Origin: Mayamaea pseudoterrestris
Taxonomy: Eukaryota
NCBI GenBank assembly: GCA_027923505.1
Contig: BROI01000002.1
Coordinates: 1,488,001-1,552,000 of the forward strand
Length of the DNA: 64,000 nt
Direction: 5' to 3'
The notes beneath the pieces are model-generated. The model did no database searches. It worked only from the letters and a program-made list of their open reading frames with translations, and had not been told where the DNA came from. A program made the position numbers and the translations under genes. Shown in pieces: positions 32,292-43,093 of the stretch. Each line of letters starts with the position of its first letter. Position 1 is the first letter of the stretch.

Positions 32292-35200
32292 TTACAGGTC
32301 TCTCCCCTTACTCTCCAAGTAAGCATCCACATAGCGTGACACTACACATGCAAGTGGTTCAGGGATGACTCCATAATCCAACTGGCTTCGGCCCTTCTCG
32401 GTTTTTTCACCCTTCGCGCGACGTATGTGTCGGTGCTGATGGTCACGCAAACATATATTTTCACAAGTATATGTAGCAAGGCGAAGGGCCAAGCCTTTAT
32501 TGTTCGTCCACAAATGCGTTGGCTTGTTTTCGTCGCGACCAAAAGCACAGTAATTGACTCGGACCGTCAACAAACCCAGAGAACGCTTCATTAGCTTCAT
32601 CAATGGAGTGTGATCCATTACCCCGACAGGATTTTCAATCACGAAAATTGCCTTTTGATTATACTTTCGAATTGCCAACAAAAGCTCCAATACCTTGAGT
32701 ACATGAAAGTTGTGCTCATGAGCAAGCTGTGTCTTTTCCATATGCCCACCCACTTTCCGATGTTTGCCACCACTCACGCGAGTATTTGTAACACAGTCTG
32801 GTGAAGCCCACACAAAATGAGGTATACCTCCAAGGGACTCCCGAATGTCGTGAATTGTGAGCGAGCACAGATCCATCTTATGCGTGGCGTTTGAGTATGG
32901 ATCAATGTCAACCGACATTACTTTAAATAGACGTTGATGGAAGTAATCTGCGTGAAAGATGTGAGAAGCGACAAAAAGTTTCAACTGGAACAAACACAAA
33001 CCACTCTTACCTGTGATCACGCCTCGGCCGCAACATAACTCGAGCGCGCGAAAAGACTGCCCAAGCAACGGAGACACTATACGATCCCGATTCTGACGGA
33101 ACTTCAATAGCTCATGATACTCCATTTCCTCTTGGTCGCCATCTTCGTGGGTTACCTGCCATGCTTGAACCTTCTTTCCGTCCTCGTTGGCATCCAAAAA
33201 ACGTACACCAGTCACTTTCCCCATGAAGTATTCACCGTCAAACATTTTTCGAACCTTCATCCCTATGCAAGGCGTCCACACATGGTTCAGGGGATTATAC
33301 AATGCCTTGTCACGAATCGCCTTGGAAGTCGCCGCTAGTGCATCGTCATTGAACGGTTGGCCTAACTTGCATGCATCATTCCATGGTTCCAATACCTCGT
33401 CCGTCCAAAAGTCAACCTGTCGCCATAGCTGGCTCCTCGCCATGCAAGCGCTGTAGGCATTGCCATTCTTGAGAATATCTGATGCGACCGAAGATGCACC
33501 CAAAGATTCCCTTGATAGGCTGGCGTCGCTTAGCGCGTCCGAGTCATCTACCTTTGCGTTCCTGTCCTCAATGAAATCCTTTGGATTGTCCTCGTCAAAT
33601 TCTTTTTCTATCCGCGTCGTTAATGCGGCCGGCCATGGCCGAATCGTACTTAGCTCACACGCCGAATTCATATAGACGACAATGAGCTGAGCAATGTGGT
33701 GTGGAACAGTGTTTAAAGTATGCGGTCCCCAAGTTTCAATATCATATAATGGCTCGCGCATGCGCGATAAAAGACGTCCACGAAGTATATCATCATTGAC
33801 CCATAATGTGAACGGCTGGGCACCATGCACAAAGGACACCTTCTGCTGCAAATTCATGGAGCAAAGTCGTTGTCCGCGCTCCATTTCTATCAAATCATTT
33901 TCAGCTTCGCTTTTAGTCCTGACAATCACAGGCACGTCACCAAATGTTTGGCTGGCATACGCGAGTGCATCCAGCATACTGTTAAAATCAGTATCGGCAG
34001 ACGCGAACAGGAAATCAGGAATGCTAGCTAGACTCATACACGCATCCGCTATATAGACTGGATCAGTTGGAAGGACGTTCACCTCCCAATCTCGGAGCAA
34101 GAATTCGTCTTTGAGAGTTATTTGTTCTGGACGCAACAGAAAAGTCAGTGTGAATTTCGTCAACAAGCGGCGATTGAAAGTCAGTGTAAATTTCGTCAAC
34201 AAGCGGCGATTTGAGTCGATCCACACAACGTACCATGACCAATCATCAAACAGCGGAAACATGTTTTTTGATAGTCCGACGGATTCTTCACTCTGTTGGT
34301 AACCTCGCAGTCCCGGGCCCAACACTTTTTTACAGGTGTGGCTGATGGAGTCTGTAACATATCAATCAAATCTTCTGCAATAGCTTGAAGTCCGAACTTA
34401 GGGCGCGCCTTGTCGATAATTGGTGGCAAAGCTTCCAATGGTATATTTGCTAAGGGAGGAGCATAGTTGTATCGGAAAACGGACAGTAAGGCATGTGTGA
34501 CGTTGTGTCCAACCTTATTCTCTCCTCCCAACCCTGCCAAATACTCTTTGAAAAACGATGGCACAGGTGGATCAGGTTCACAGGGAATCCAAGAGTCGCC
34601 TAATTGGTCGTGGTCGTCGATGCTTTCAGAGTCTACAGAATTGGACGATGGCGGAGGCTGGCTTCGCTTAGATCGCTCAATCTCCTTCTTGTCGCTCATT
34701 ATTACTGCAGATGACTCGTCACAGATCGCATGCTTTCGTTTCTTGCTTCCCTTCTTGCACCAATTGGCTTGACTCTGCGGATTGATGTTACGCTGGACCG
34801 CTACTGATGCGCCGGTCTCGATACGCCGTTTGCCTTTGGCGGTCGACTGATTCGACTGAGCTCAACGTGCTCTTTTCGACCGGAAATAGTGTACCAGTAC
34901 TTCGATAGAGTCATCGTCTTTCGCATCAGCGTTGGCTTGTACTATCGGGTGATCACCAGGCTTCACAAAAACTAATTCGCCAGCGACAAACGGAGCTTGA
35001 GTATTGCGAGTCGACTCAATGTCTTCGTCGTCAACGTCGTCATCCGAAACTTCATCATCAAAATCGTTGCTATCAACTGCCAGAATGCGGCCCGCAGGTT
35101 TGTCATCAGTCGAGCTGTTCTTATCCGTTTCGTCGTTGTCAAACAATTGGCGAGGGCGCGCAGCAGGTTTCGCACTGGTGCGGTTATGCTGCCGAGAACC

Positions 35201-36085
35201 AGAACCATCGGTAACCAATGCCGTAGCTTCAAGCTCGTTCAAACGTCGTTCCTCATTCAACGGGTCAAGAGTGTTGGTTGGACTGCCTCCCGAAGCATCC
35301 GAAGGCGTCACGAGCGACGCGCCCGCTTGGCTGGCCGTCTCCCGAGCCTCCACCTTGTTTCGTGGAGCACTGGCTTCTGTCGCCGCCAAAACTTCCTCGG
35401 TGACCATTCGCTTGCAATTTGAGCATGGCACAACACATTCCGCGTATTCGTCTGGGACCACAGTGTATCTGACAACCACATACCAATCGTCTTCTACAAA
35501 AGTTGGGGCAGATTGAATCGTTGCTTTACGTAGTCGTATCTTTGTTTGCGGTGCATCTCCATCGGTCGTAATCTTCACTCCTACTTCGACCTCTTCCGCC
35601 ATCCATTTGTAGTTTGGAGGAACTATGGCGTGTTTCGGCTCGATCGCCGGCACTTTGACAATGGACATTGGAGGTGACTGCGACTCCATGTCCAGCCTTG
35701 CACCGCCGTCCACGCATCGGCCTGCGGTACTCGTAGTCGAGCTTGATCCACCAGTGCTTCGTCGAGCAGGAGGCTTCTTGTTCATCCAAGACTCGTCTTC
35801 CGCGTTGCTCTTGCGAGCAAATCCTGCTGGTTTAGTAGCAGCAGCAGCAGCAGCAGCAGCCTCGTCCTCATCTTCTTCCGTGGACGAGATTTCAATGATT
35901 TCATCATTTCCTCCTGACTTCTTTTCAAGCTTGACCTCCAGTTTGACTTTGACGGAAGGACGCGCCGTTTCTGAATCCGAGTCGCTTGGCACCGAAATGA
36001 TTTCAATGTCGCCGCCGTTTGAGGCTCGGCCTTGGTCGTCGGCAGCAGCAGCAGCAGCAGCAGGCGCCTTGGCAATGCCATTCAT
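32292..36085 (-). CDS. Multidomain C5-cytosine methyltransferase paralog B (exons 36085-34234, 34126-33011, 32947-32292); single in-frame TGA at 34862-34864, possible pseudogene
   Basis: ALELCCGRG, VMSVD, WASPDC, VIENP, VNYCAFGRDENKPTHLWTNN and IPEPL; same Tudor-like segment and same two intron positions as paralog A. Confidence 0.8.
34141..34211. repeat. 36-bp tandem duplication inside intron 34127-34233
   Basis: aaagtcagtgt(g/a)aatttcgtcaacaagcggcgatt occurs twice. Confidence 0.9.
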
Positions 36086-36924
36086 GTTTATGCTTTACGT
36101 CCACAATGCAAAAAGGCAACTGTGCAAGAGTAGTAGAAGGAACACGGACACCAAGTTATGTCATCAATGAAGCCATTTGCACGAAAGATCCAAGACAGTT
36201 GCAATCAACGCACGAACGTGTGACAAGGCGCGGTTGCCGCGCTTTCGCGGGAAATCAAAAAAGTCGCATTAGTACTCGTTTGCACCGGAGCGACATGGCG
36301 TGACAGACAAACAAGGTCGGCTGCCGCCGTTAGCACTGACCCAGCCTTTGGAGTTGGATGACAGGTTGGCCTATCAGTGGGCGGTTGGGTAGCTATCCGA
36401 CTATGGCCTGCACACAACTGCCGTAGCTATCAGCCTTGTGCGGGACCTGTTCGCAAGAGGCTCTTCCTAGTACTGTTCGCAAGACACAGCGGTCGGGTAG
36501 CTATCGGTCTATTGCCTACATAAGCATCACGCCTACAGTTCGCAAGATACAACGGTTGGGTAGCTATGTGACATTAAATGTCGCAATGGGTTACGCACTC
36601 ACGCACACAGGACGCACAAACTACTATCGAGCCCGTTCCGGGTCAGTGACTTATGCGTGCTGTCGCGATGGCGACCGTGTCGCTTATAAAAAAAGTTGAT
36701 GGATGGTGCTTGCGCTAACTAAAAACTATGCTTGGTCTTTTTGTTGGAGGCTACGCTGCATCTAACATGACATCAATGGACCATTACTCGGACAAGAACG
36801 CTAAGCTCAGATGACAACGCCCTTCTAACTTTTGCTTACTACCGCTGCAACACTCCAGTATTAACCATTCTTTATAGGTAGATATCCAACTTTTGGTGCA
36901 TATCAGCACCGCTACGCAGCCAAA

Positions 36925-37621
36925 TTACGAGCTGGCAACAACATCCTCCATGGGAGTAGCAGCAGCACCAGCCGCAGCACCATCCTCGCCAGCTGCCTTG
37001 TCATCCTTTGGCTTGTCACCCCGGCGGCCGCCACCACCTCTGCCTCTTCCACCACCACCACCACCTTCGCCTCTTCCGCCTTCCGCTCCCACGGGACGAG
37101 GTCGGCGCTTGCGCACGGGAGGCTCAATCGGACCGCCGCCGGGAGCCGTCACGTTAATGGCCTTTTGACGGTCGCCCTCCAGCTCCGTCTCGAATTCCAC
37201 CAATGTGCCTTCGGCCTGTAACAAATAGAAAATGATATATTAGTACGTTCGATGGTAGTATACTGTTTTAATCCAGTTGCCATCAAATCCCAAACATTTT
37301 CAACAACTGCGTCCAGGGTCATTGTGCGACGCCATCAAAATGACTCACCAGAGTGCGGTATTTTCCCTCTGGAGCCACAATGGAGGTCTGATGAACAAAA
37401 ATATCCTCTTTCGTGTCGTCACGGGTAACAAAGCCGTAACCCTCTGGCGAAAATGAATGAAACAAGAGTGTGTGAGGAACATGTCAAAATACGACACGCA
37501 TGATTCGCGTTCGCGATGAAAGTAACATTCGCGTCTCGTCCATCAGGTTTCGCACCAGCCTCCACTATCGTTACTTACTTTGGTTCGAAAACCACTTGCA
37601 GACACCTTGGACCTTGGACAT
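36925..37621 (-). CDS. Cold-shock domain (Y-box-like) protein with RGG-rich tail, 3 exons
   Basis: Spliced sequence MSKVQGVCKWFSNQK|GYGFVTRDDTKEDIFVHQTSI...YRTL|AEGTLVEFE...KAINVTAPGG contains the RNP1 (KGYGFV) and RNP2 (IFVH) motifs; both introns are GT-AG. Confidence 0.92.
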
Positions 37622-38012
37622 GTTTCGTATAAGTTGGATCGACAACGCAAAATCACACGCGGGTTGTGGATCGACGCGGATCAGCTTGGACGGCCATCCA
37701 TTCGCGCAATCGTCTTGCCATCCGTCGGTCATGACGTCACGTGCGTGAGTCGTGTTTTAGTACCGAAGCGACTTGAATAATGAGCAACTACCGTTCTTCC
37801 ACTTGCTACGGTAGCTTTGGTAGGTTTTTCACGTCTTGCTACACTTTCCACGCCATGGCTGCGTAGAGAAACGTCTGTTCCTCATTGCTTCCTCGCCAAC
37901 CCAGGAGCATGTTCTTCCGATCCCTTCGCCATGACTTGTTTTCGTGCCTCCTCTGGCACTATCACTCGCTCGAGCAAGTCAAAACAACTACATTACAAGC
38001 AGCAACGACAAG

Positions 38013-39908
38013 ATGGATGTGGAGGAAGCTCACCCTGCAGCGACTGGCTCGAACCTGTTTCGCCACTCCAACGAAGGAACCACCATGGATCCAAGCAGCA
38101 CAGCGAACCAGCCGCGGGTCATTCCACTGGACGACGACAAGCACGGCTGCTGCACCAAGCGAGTCATTGGCTTGCTTCTCATCACGCTCATTGTCATTGG
38201 AGCAGTGATTGGTGTCTCGCTTGGATTGACGCTGGGCAAGAATGCCAACGAATCGTCGTCAGCATCATCATCCACTCTCACCACTGCGGATTACGAACTG
38301 CGGTACAATACGTTTCGCTCCCTGCTAGCATCGGCGGAAGGCGATTCGAGCGGCTTTGTCAAAATGGATTCGCCGCAGTCGCAGGCGCTCGAGTGGCTCG
38401 TCTACAAGGACAAGATTGTTGAAATGGACAGTGACAGCAAAATGACTGAAACGAGCGATTTCAAGCTCGTGCAGCGGTATGCAGTCATTGTCTTGCTCTT
38501 TGCACTCAGCGGAAGCAACTGGCAGCAAGATACTTTGGAGACGCCTTTTTCCAAGCTGGATGAGTGCAAGTTTGAAGGTATTACGTGCCGAAGCCAAGGA
38601 GAAATTACGCGCCTCGAGTGGCCTCTGAAGGAGCTGGTTGGCGCGCTGCCGGACGAAATAGCCTTGCTGACGGCGCTCGAAACGCTCGACCTGAGTAGCA
38701 ACGACATTGAAGGAGTCATCCCGGAGCGTCTGTTCGAGCTGACTGAACTGCGTAAGTTGCATGCGCGTCGCGTCGTGTAATAAACGCTTCACCTTGCCTC
38801 ACACCCTACTCGTCTCGCGTATTCAGGCTCTCTCATTTTGGAATCAAACAGGTTCACGTCGACCATCAGTCCCGACTTTAACAAGCTCAGTCGCCTCGAG
38901 GAGCTCTCGCTCAGTGTCAACTACTTTTCTGGAAGTTTTCCCGAGTCAATAGGAGCCATGACGTTACTCAAACGACTTGAACTCACAAACAACCGATTCA
39001 CTGGCACCATTTTTGACACTCTGCTCAAGCTTACCAACTTGGAAATAATGGACCTTGGGGCTAGCGGATTCACTGGAACCTTTCCAGATTCGATTGACCA
39101 GCTTTCAAGCCTCCACACGCTTTCCCTATCCAACGTTGAATTTGCGGGAACCCTTCCCGGCACCATTGCCAATCTAACCAACCTTGAAAGCTTCACGCTC
39201 TTTTCTCCGACGCTGACCGGGACGTTCCCAAGCATGATTGGACAGTTAACGAACCTAGGTACGTTGCAGGATTTCGCGGATCCGCCGCTCTTGCTGCAAA
39301 ATGTTTTACTCACGCATTAATTCATTTCTGCAGAGGGTCTCATGATTCAAAATACACACATTAGCGGAACGATACCAAGTGAGATCGGTAAACTTACCAA
39401 GCTTACAAAGATTGTCATTCAAGCGACGGACATGACTGGAACCTTTCCAACCGAAATGGGACGTCTGACTCGGCTAATCGACGCGCTCTTCGAGTAAGTT
39501 GCAAAAAGGAAGCGCTAAGAATGATGCCAACGCTCGCTATCAAACTCATCTTGCCGTTCATTACAGTATCAACTCGTTTTCGGGTCATGTCCCGACTGAA
39601 ATTGTCAATCTCAAGTCCTTGCGTACGTAAAAATGAGCGAGTGATTGCGAAAACCATTCGCATCGCTCCATCGTTTACTCACCCAACCACGTCTTTTGTA
39701 TTCAGGCGAGTTGAACATTTACCAGAACGACTTTACGGGTGACATTGAGTTTGTCTGCCAAATGCCCGAGCTTGGATACTTCTTTAGTTGCGGGGTAACG
39801 TGCGATTGCTGCTTCAAAACGTGCGAGGACTGCGCCAAGGTGAACGGAGTGGCGCCGGAAGGTTGTAGCACGACAACTTCGGCTGGTAATGGAACCAGAG
39901 CTTTGTAA
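38013..39908 (+). CDS. Membrane-anchored leucine-rich repeat protein, multi-exon
   Basis: N-terminal TM, SPQSQALEWL and QRYAVIVL motifs typical of diatom LRR proteins, plant-type LRRs (LxxLxLxxNxFxGxIP), Cys-rich C-cap. Exact exon limits are approximate. Confidence 0.85.
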
Positions 39909-40310
39909 AAGTAGCAGTGAATTTGATATAATAAAAAAGTTATTTTACTCTTTCATTCAAGGTGAATTTGTACCGCGGGAGCACGATCAGTCGAAGTTGT
40001 AGCTGCGCAGCACAATGTTCCACACGTTTTCTTCCTCTCGGTCGTGTCTAATCTATGTAGGCTTCTGATGTCATGTTCTTCGAGTTCGCTTCTTTCATAA
40101 GCCCTGGGAAGTGTGGGAAAACTCGTTCGCACCGGTTTTAAGCGTTGCGCTAACCTTTGCCATTCAAGTATACGAGCAAAGCTGCCTTAAAATAATAGTG
40201 TTGTTTGGGGCTACCTCTAGTGACAAGTTAATTTAACTAGCTGCGTGCTTACTGCATTAATCATTTCCTCTTATTCTAGTCACATTAAAGAGTGCGCTCA
40301 GCGCTCGTCA

Positions 40311-41366
40311 TTAACAGTCCGACTTAGTGGGGGCAGCCACTTTTCTTGCGCGACAGATCTTGACCTTGCAAGACTTGTAATCCTTGTTTTCCAACGCCAT
40401 AATGTCAACAAACAAGATGGCTGCACCAGTTGCATCATCGTAGATGATTTCCGGGTCAAGCTTCTGGCGAGGAACTGGCATTGGGAGGTCAATGAGAGCC
40501 TTTGAAGTGATTGACTCGTCCGGATTTGCGCGGAGCTTGCGATAGTGCTTTTCAAAGCACTTCAAAACCTCAATGTCATCAGCCGTCTGTTTGAAGTTAC
40601 GAATAGTGAAAAGCGCAGGCAGATTCGTCATCATCGTTGGCCATTCAGCCTCAAGACGAATCTGGTTAGCAGTTTCTCCCAACGACACCAATTCCATGCG
40701 ATAACGGTCAATGGCAAGGGAATCAGATCCTATAGGATGCACAGTTCCTGATGGAAGGTTGATCATGACGGCCAGGTGAGTGTTCAAATGCTGGTCTTGA
40801 TAGTCGGTGATTGCGACTTGTGGCAAAAATACAGGCTGGTCCATGGTTTTGTCACGCTTGGCGGAGCCAGTAGGCGTAACTGTGTTCTGGGAATCAGCAG
40901 AGCGCTTCTTGTCGCCTCCATGGTGAGTGTCATCGTCCGCATCGTCGTCGTCATTCAGATCAGGGTATGCAGTCGAGGCAACAGACGGTTCCTGTGTTGA
41001 AACTGCTGCTGATCCACAAGATAATGAGAAACACCAGTTAAATAATATATTTCTTTCCAATAGAGTTCAAGAAATGTTACACTTACCATCCGGATTGTTG
41101 CGCAGTCCAACTTCAAGAGCCATGCGATGAAACGCGCCTTTAAAGGATGGGGCCTGATACTTTTGAAACTCCTGCCACTTTTCCATAGCAACCTGATAAG
41201 TATCACTTGGCAAAATCTCACGAGAGACCATCAAGCGACGAAGAAGCTGTCCATCGGGTCCATTCTTGTTCCACTTTGGTGCAGTGAAAGGTCCTTGAGC
41301 ACCGTCGAGACGATTGGGCGCGACAATGTTGCGACTTCGGCCACTTCCGCTTTGACGTACAAGCAT
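40311..41366 (-). CDS. Transposon accessory protein, 2 exons (about 41366-41087 and 41009-40311)
   Basis: MLVRQ...PKWNKNGPDGQLLRRL...F.KY....F...F N-terminal helical domain; GTAAGT...GATCAG intron joins in frame to ORF 40311-41060; lies inside the TIRs. Confidence 0.6.
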
Positions 41367-41487
41367 TTTCAAATTTGTGAGCACATGAATGAGCCGATGA
41401 AACTGTTTCAAACAGAGCCAATTTATTGGCATCTTGGAAATTGCCACTCGTGACTGGTTCACCAACGGTTGCGAACGTAGTTTTCGC

Positions 41488-41890
41488 CTGGGAAATTGCC
41501 ATTTGCATTCAAACGGGATGGATTGTCTGGATTGCAGGTCCCTATCCTTGTGGCTCATGGCCGGATCTACGCATTGCGCGGCATGGATTGATATATCTTG
41601 ACAGAGAGCCAGGAGAAAAGTTTGTTGCTGATGGTGGCTACCGTGACAATGAGCAATTCTTTTTGACTCCTACTGGGGAGAATAATGAAGATCAGCGAAT
41701 GAAGTCTGCAGCAAGAGCACGACATGAGACGATCAACAGACGCTTCAAACGATGGGCAATTTTGAAGGATGTGTTTCGCAATGATGTAGAAAAGCATGGG
41801 GTGGTCTTTGCAGCAATTGCCAACATTACGCAGTTACAAATTGAGCAACAAGGTGTCAACCAAGTGTTTTACAATGATGTAGGTCATTAG
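41488..41890 (+). pseudogene. 5'-truncated Harbinger/IS5-like DDE transposase
   Basis: WEIAICIQTGWIVWIAGPYPCGSWPD...VADGGY...RARHETINRRFKRWAIL..VFR matches the C-terminal half of DDE_Tnp_4. The first catalytic Asp motif (DGT) and the N-terminus are absent. Confidence 0.8.
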
Positions 41891-42205
41891 GCGTGGATGT
41901 GCTAGTAGCTAAAACTGCTTGTGTACTTAGACTAAAGACTGAACATTACACAAAGTAACTATCACATAATCCATCAAGTAGACCTTCAATACCTTCACAC
42001 AAGTATTGGTTACCTGTGTATGTAGTCAAACTAGTTGCAAAGTTGCGATAGCTACTAGCTGTTGCCGCGACATATCAACGAAAACCGGTGCGAACGAGTT
42101 TTCCCACACTTCCCTGGGAATGAAGGACATGATCGCGCCTCGATTCTCTCACAAATAATCTGATTCACAGTGACAGTTTGAACACAACTCCAGACCTTCT
42201 CAAAC

Positions 42206-42984
42206 ATGTTCCTCCATGACGATGCCTCTCCCTTCGACCAAGCCTTGGCGCATCCCTTCCTTGGCGAGCCAGTTTCGAAACGTTTAAGCAGCTTGAGTCT
42301 CTTCAAATTGACTTCCAGCAAGCAGTCGCGTGACTATGCGGAGGATGCCTTTGATCTTTCGTACCGAGGCGAGCGACGGGAGTCGCAATACAAGGCCCCG
42401 CATGCAACGCAGGAGACTCATGAGATTACGTTTGCGTCATCCGATCATGATGGTGAAGACTTTAGCAGTGGTTCGTTTGGCCTCGTGTCGCTGGAGGAGG
42501 GACTTTCATTGGATGCCGATGTTGCCATTTTCCGGGAGCGACTCGACGACATTTCGGAGATCAACATGAGCATGAAACACATTAATCAGATTCAAAAAGG
42601 TTCGTAGTACTTGTGCCTGTTGGATTGCCATGTGTGCGAATCTCAAAAGGCGGTGGAAAGCATGTCTAGCAAACATGTCCCGTTCGATGTTTCAACTCAC
42701 ACACGTACTATCCCGTGCACCTTTTTACAGATCTCGCCGTTTGCGTCGAGTCGCAGGATGAAGGCATTCATCATCTCGAGTACATGGCCATTGAAACTTT
42801 AGAGTCGACGTCGTCGGGCTTGTCGTATTTGCTGAAGTTGCAGCACGAGGCAGCCCAAACGTCCAAGCGACGCAAGCAACTTTTCGCCGGCGTTTCTGCG
42901 GCGATCCTCATTGTATCTGTTTTGAACTGGATTCTTTCCGCGTCGCAGAATGTTCATGGCGATGACGGACCCAACGAGAACTAA
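42206..42984 (+). CDS. Syntaxin-like t-SNARE (intron 42600-42730)
   Basis: ERLDDISEINMSMKHINQIQK|DLAVCVESQDEGIHHLE SNARE heptads followed by a C-terminal TM helix. Confidence 0.75.
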
Positions 42985-43093
42985 ATCAATGCTATAGCAG
43001 AGATTGTCGTTCGAACTCCATTCTATCAGTACAGTAAACATCAAGACAAAGTAAATCACCTATTGCATTTACATCACGCACACACCACATCTA

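Larger units (their letters stand above)
40107..42113. mobile_element. PIF/Harbinger-group (PHIS) DNA transposon, internally deleted, about 2.0 kb
   Basis: Perfect inverted repeats GGGAAGTGTGGGAAAACTCGTTCGCACCGGTTTT at 40106-40139 and 42081-42114; candidate CTG TSD at 40104-40106 and 42114-42116; carries a DDE_Tnp_4-like fragment and a divergent accessory gene. Confidence 0.88.

Noticed and set aside
34862..34864. Selenocysteine recoding of the TGA
   Set aside because: No redox-motif context and no SECIS element recognised by eye.
27524..36085. MTase pair as cargo of a transposon or endogenous virus
   Set aside because: No TIRs, LTRs, transposase or viral genes flank the pair, and both genes have conserved spliceosomal introns.
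41127..41453. Plus-strand ORF as the frameshifted N-terminus of the transposase
   Set aside because: It lacks a DGT-type motif and is antisense to the spliced accessory exon, which has better support.
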